Positions 44,335 to 46,588 of a stretch of DNA of 46,588 nucleotides are shown piece by piece. The first letter of the stretch is position 1. Each line of letters opens with the position of its first letter. The notes beneath the pieces were generated by a model, which saw nothing but the letters and a program-made list of their open reading frames with translations, ran no database searches and was not told where the DNA came from. The DNA is from Perkinsus chesapeaki ATCC PRA-425 (taxonomy: Eukaryota; Protista; Perkinsozoa), in the NCBI GenBank assembly GCA_013115145.1, contig JAAPAO010000252.1:1-46588 (forward strand), in the 5' to 3' direction. A program made the position numbers and the translations under genes.

Positions 44335-45385
44335 ATGTCAACTCCGTTCCCGTTTAGTACTACACCATCCCCATCTGGAACAACCAGCAGTAGAGACACT
44401 CTTCTTATAGTCACCAGCGTTGCCATGGCTGTTGCGACGCTCGCTCTCGTCTTTGTGGTACCACTAGAATGTTAGGGCCTTGGCGGAAGTTACGGTATCA
44501 GGTGAGGCTAATGGACAGATGCTCCCCGTCGCGGACTACAATGACGGCCTCGGAATCCTCGCATAGACGAGAGACTCCCGAAGAACGAGCGGAGCGATTA
44601 CAAGAACTGATCAACGAGCAGGGAACTCGGTTAACCTATAACGTATGGGGCGCGAAGCAGAGGCGAAGGCTCAGTTCTATAGTAGCCTAGGGGGGCTCCA
44701 ACCCGACCTAGAAAATATCTTTCAGGCAATGCCTAAAGGGGAAGCGATAGATGAGGATCCTGCTTCGCCTGGCGCAATAGGGACGAAAAAGTCCAGCGAG
44801 CTTGCTGGAGTTGGAGCAATGAACAGTTCAGAAGAACTACAGTCGATGGAGGAGGGAACGCCGAGCGAGAGCGGGGTGGACGAGTAGGGGTTGTTGGTGT
44901 TGATGTCATTAGCGACATCTCCGTCAGCTCGGATTGGACGTGCGACTGCGCTATATGCCTGGGGGAATTCGAAGGGGAAGAGATGGTATGCGAACTTAAA
45001 TGCGGACATATATTCCACGAGGAATGCTTGCATGGGTAAGGAGTTCGCTGTGGTACTGTTAGGTACCATTAACTTGTGGGTTTAAACTCCTTTATGAGTC
45101 TTAAGTCTTATTCAATACTAAAGCCTGCTTATATAGCACGTTCTGGTACTTGGCGACTTTCAGGTGGTTCGTGACATCGCGTAAGCCTCAATGTCCAGTA
45201 TGCAGGATGCAGGTAGGATATGCCTCTGTCAGTGTTGAAAAAGGACCGTTTCCTTGTAGGTTAAATCAGAGCGCAAGGACGGGGAAGAAGCCGCGGATCG
45301 AGCGTCGAGCGTGCCCGAGCAACAAGTGTCGGAGCGTGCTGAGAGCGTGACCCATCGAATTCACCACTCAATAATTGCGATTTAA
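44335..45385 (+). CDS. N-terminal TM plus RING-H2 E3 ubiquitin ligase (ATL-like architecture), multi-exon
   Basis: TM LLIVTSVAMAVATLALVFV. Spliced RING-H2 CAICLGEFEGEEMVCELKCGHIFHEECLHG|WFVTSRKPQCPVCR. Probable stop TAA 45383-45385. Confidence 0.85.
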
Positions 45386-45624
45386 CCAGTACTTTTTGTA
45401 GCCTTTGTTCTCATCGTAAACGAGAGGCCAAATGCCTCTAGCTGTAACATGGTACTAGTCTGCCAGAATTGATACTAGCCTTTCTGATAGGGCGGCTGTA
45501 GTGGCGGCAGGATTCATAGTAGGCTGTTTACAAGTCCTCGTATTTATTCTAGTCTCCTCGCCTAAAAGGATAATCTACGTTTCATTTTCATCTGCCTTCT
45601 GCTTTGGTTGGTGGTGGATAAATA

Positions 45625-45697
45625 TGGAGGTACCGGGGATCGAACCTGCAGCCTTATGATTGCTGGCTGAAGATCCTACCACTGAGCTAAAGATACG
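45625..45697 (-). pseudogene. Degenerate tRNA-Ala(AGC)-derived sequence (pseudogene or SINE head)
   Basis: The minus strand has the A box TAGCTCAGTGGTAG, AGC in the anticodon position, the B box GGTTCGATCCCC and an Ala-type 3' end TACCTCCA. The stems pair poorly. Confidence 0.6.
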
Positions 45698-46154
45698 CCT
45701 TGAATCGGCTATGTAGCATCTTAATCGGTCACCTTTGAATACTTTCACCCTTCAACCAAGAAGTGTTCAGCGATCGCTATCTGCATCGCCAGTGCCTCAT
45801 TACGTAACACTTCCCCCTGCTCCGTGGCTCCTTGGAACCTCCTTATCGAGCCGCTAGCCATCGCTAGCGTGGCACGACTGTCTCCCACCGCCCTGAATCA
45901 GCAACTTATCATCTTCCCTCAATTAAAATAGGGCACTATTAACCTAAGGGCATCCCTGTCGTCACACTATAATGCTACGACCCGACGGCAGGTATCTTCG
46001 GCGGAGCTTTATCGGTCAATCGTGAAGTAGTTGTCAGATTCGTACTAGCGCAACTTTGTGTGATTTTTAGGCTTCCGATTAGCACTTGTTGTTGATTCAG
46101 CCTTTTCTGGCAATTTACTTTATTTGTATATTACTCGCCTCCTAGATTCATCCA

Positions 46155-46588
46155 ATGGGAAGTGGCGAGGAAGCAGCTCTTATTAGCATATGTGCAATCC
46201 TCGGCGTTGTTACACTAGTATTTGCAGCTTGGGTAAGCAGCAGCAGCAGCCAACACTCGCCGCCACAGTCGCAGTAGCAAGGAAGGATATGTCGTCTCAG
46301 GTCGGTTATGTGAACAAGCGTGTCCATAGAGAATGGGATGAGTATGCAGCTAACGAGTCAAACAGGGCAGCCACCAAGCGTCGAGCTTGCCAGGCTTTGA
46401 ACTCTGTTCGACGGAAATGCAAGTGCGGGGAGTATCGCACCTTCGATTCTCGACAACGGAAGCTTTCGGAGGTACGTCGGGCAGCGTTGGGCTTCCCCGT
46501 TTTGGCATATGGTGGGGCTCAGGCCACTACATGCAGCGATGCCGGTGGAGACGATTTGGAGAGGACCATGTCAGAGCCGGCCAACGAG
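46155..46588 (+). CDS. 5' part of a gene with an N-terminal TM helix, truncated by the window end
   Basis: MGSGEEAALISICAILGVVTLVFAAW|VGYVNKRVHREWDEY...RKLSE|ATTCSDAGG..., with in-phase GT-AG introns. Confidence 0.65.

Noticed and set aside
1-46588. Genome-wide stop-codon reassignment suggested by the UUA-anticodon tRNA
   Set aside because: Conserved genes terminate at TAA, TAG and TGA at the expected positions, and I saw no in-frame stops at conserved residues.

Overview
This is intron-rich eukaryotic DNA: about 50% GC, mostly 35-60 nt GT-AG introns, very short spacers and the standard genetic code. It is most consistent with a perkinsid alveolate such as Perkinsus (inference; no database search was possible). 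The left end holds two nested Ty3/Gypsy integrase 3' ends with short LTRs. Then follow an intronless membrane protein with a TM-interrupted TIR-like domain, legumain, mitochondrial PheRS, two tRNA-type genes (Leu-UAA and a Gln-derived gene with a UUA anticodon) and a frameshifted second TIR-TM copy. The middle holds an ECxFxP-repeat protein, a triple-CCCH protein, a 27-bp minisatellite and a tight plus-strand run: DDX27-like helicase, a VTI1-like SNARE ending in CaaX, two hypothetical genes and a bacterial-type MDR dehydrogenase. The right part holds a SWIM-finger protein, two duplicated six-exon GNAT acetyltransferases with signal peptides (reconstructed here by hand), a secreted double 6-Cys protein, RPC4, RPB5, a TM-RING-H2 ligase, a tRNA-Ala relic and a truncated TM gene. 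The best leads are the TIR-TM family, the rapidly diverging secreted GNATs, the prenylated VTI1 and the ochre-anticodon tRNA. Exon structures were read by eye; several gene ends are approximate.
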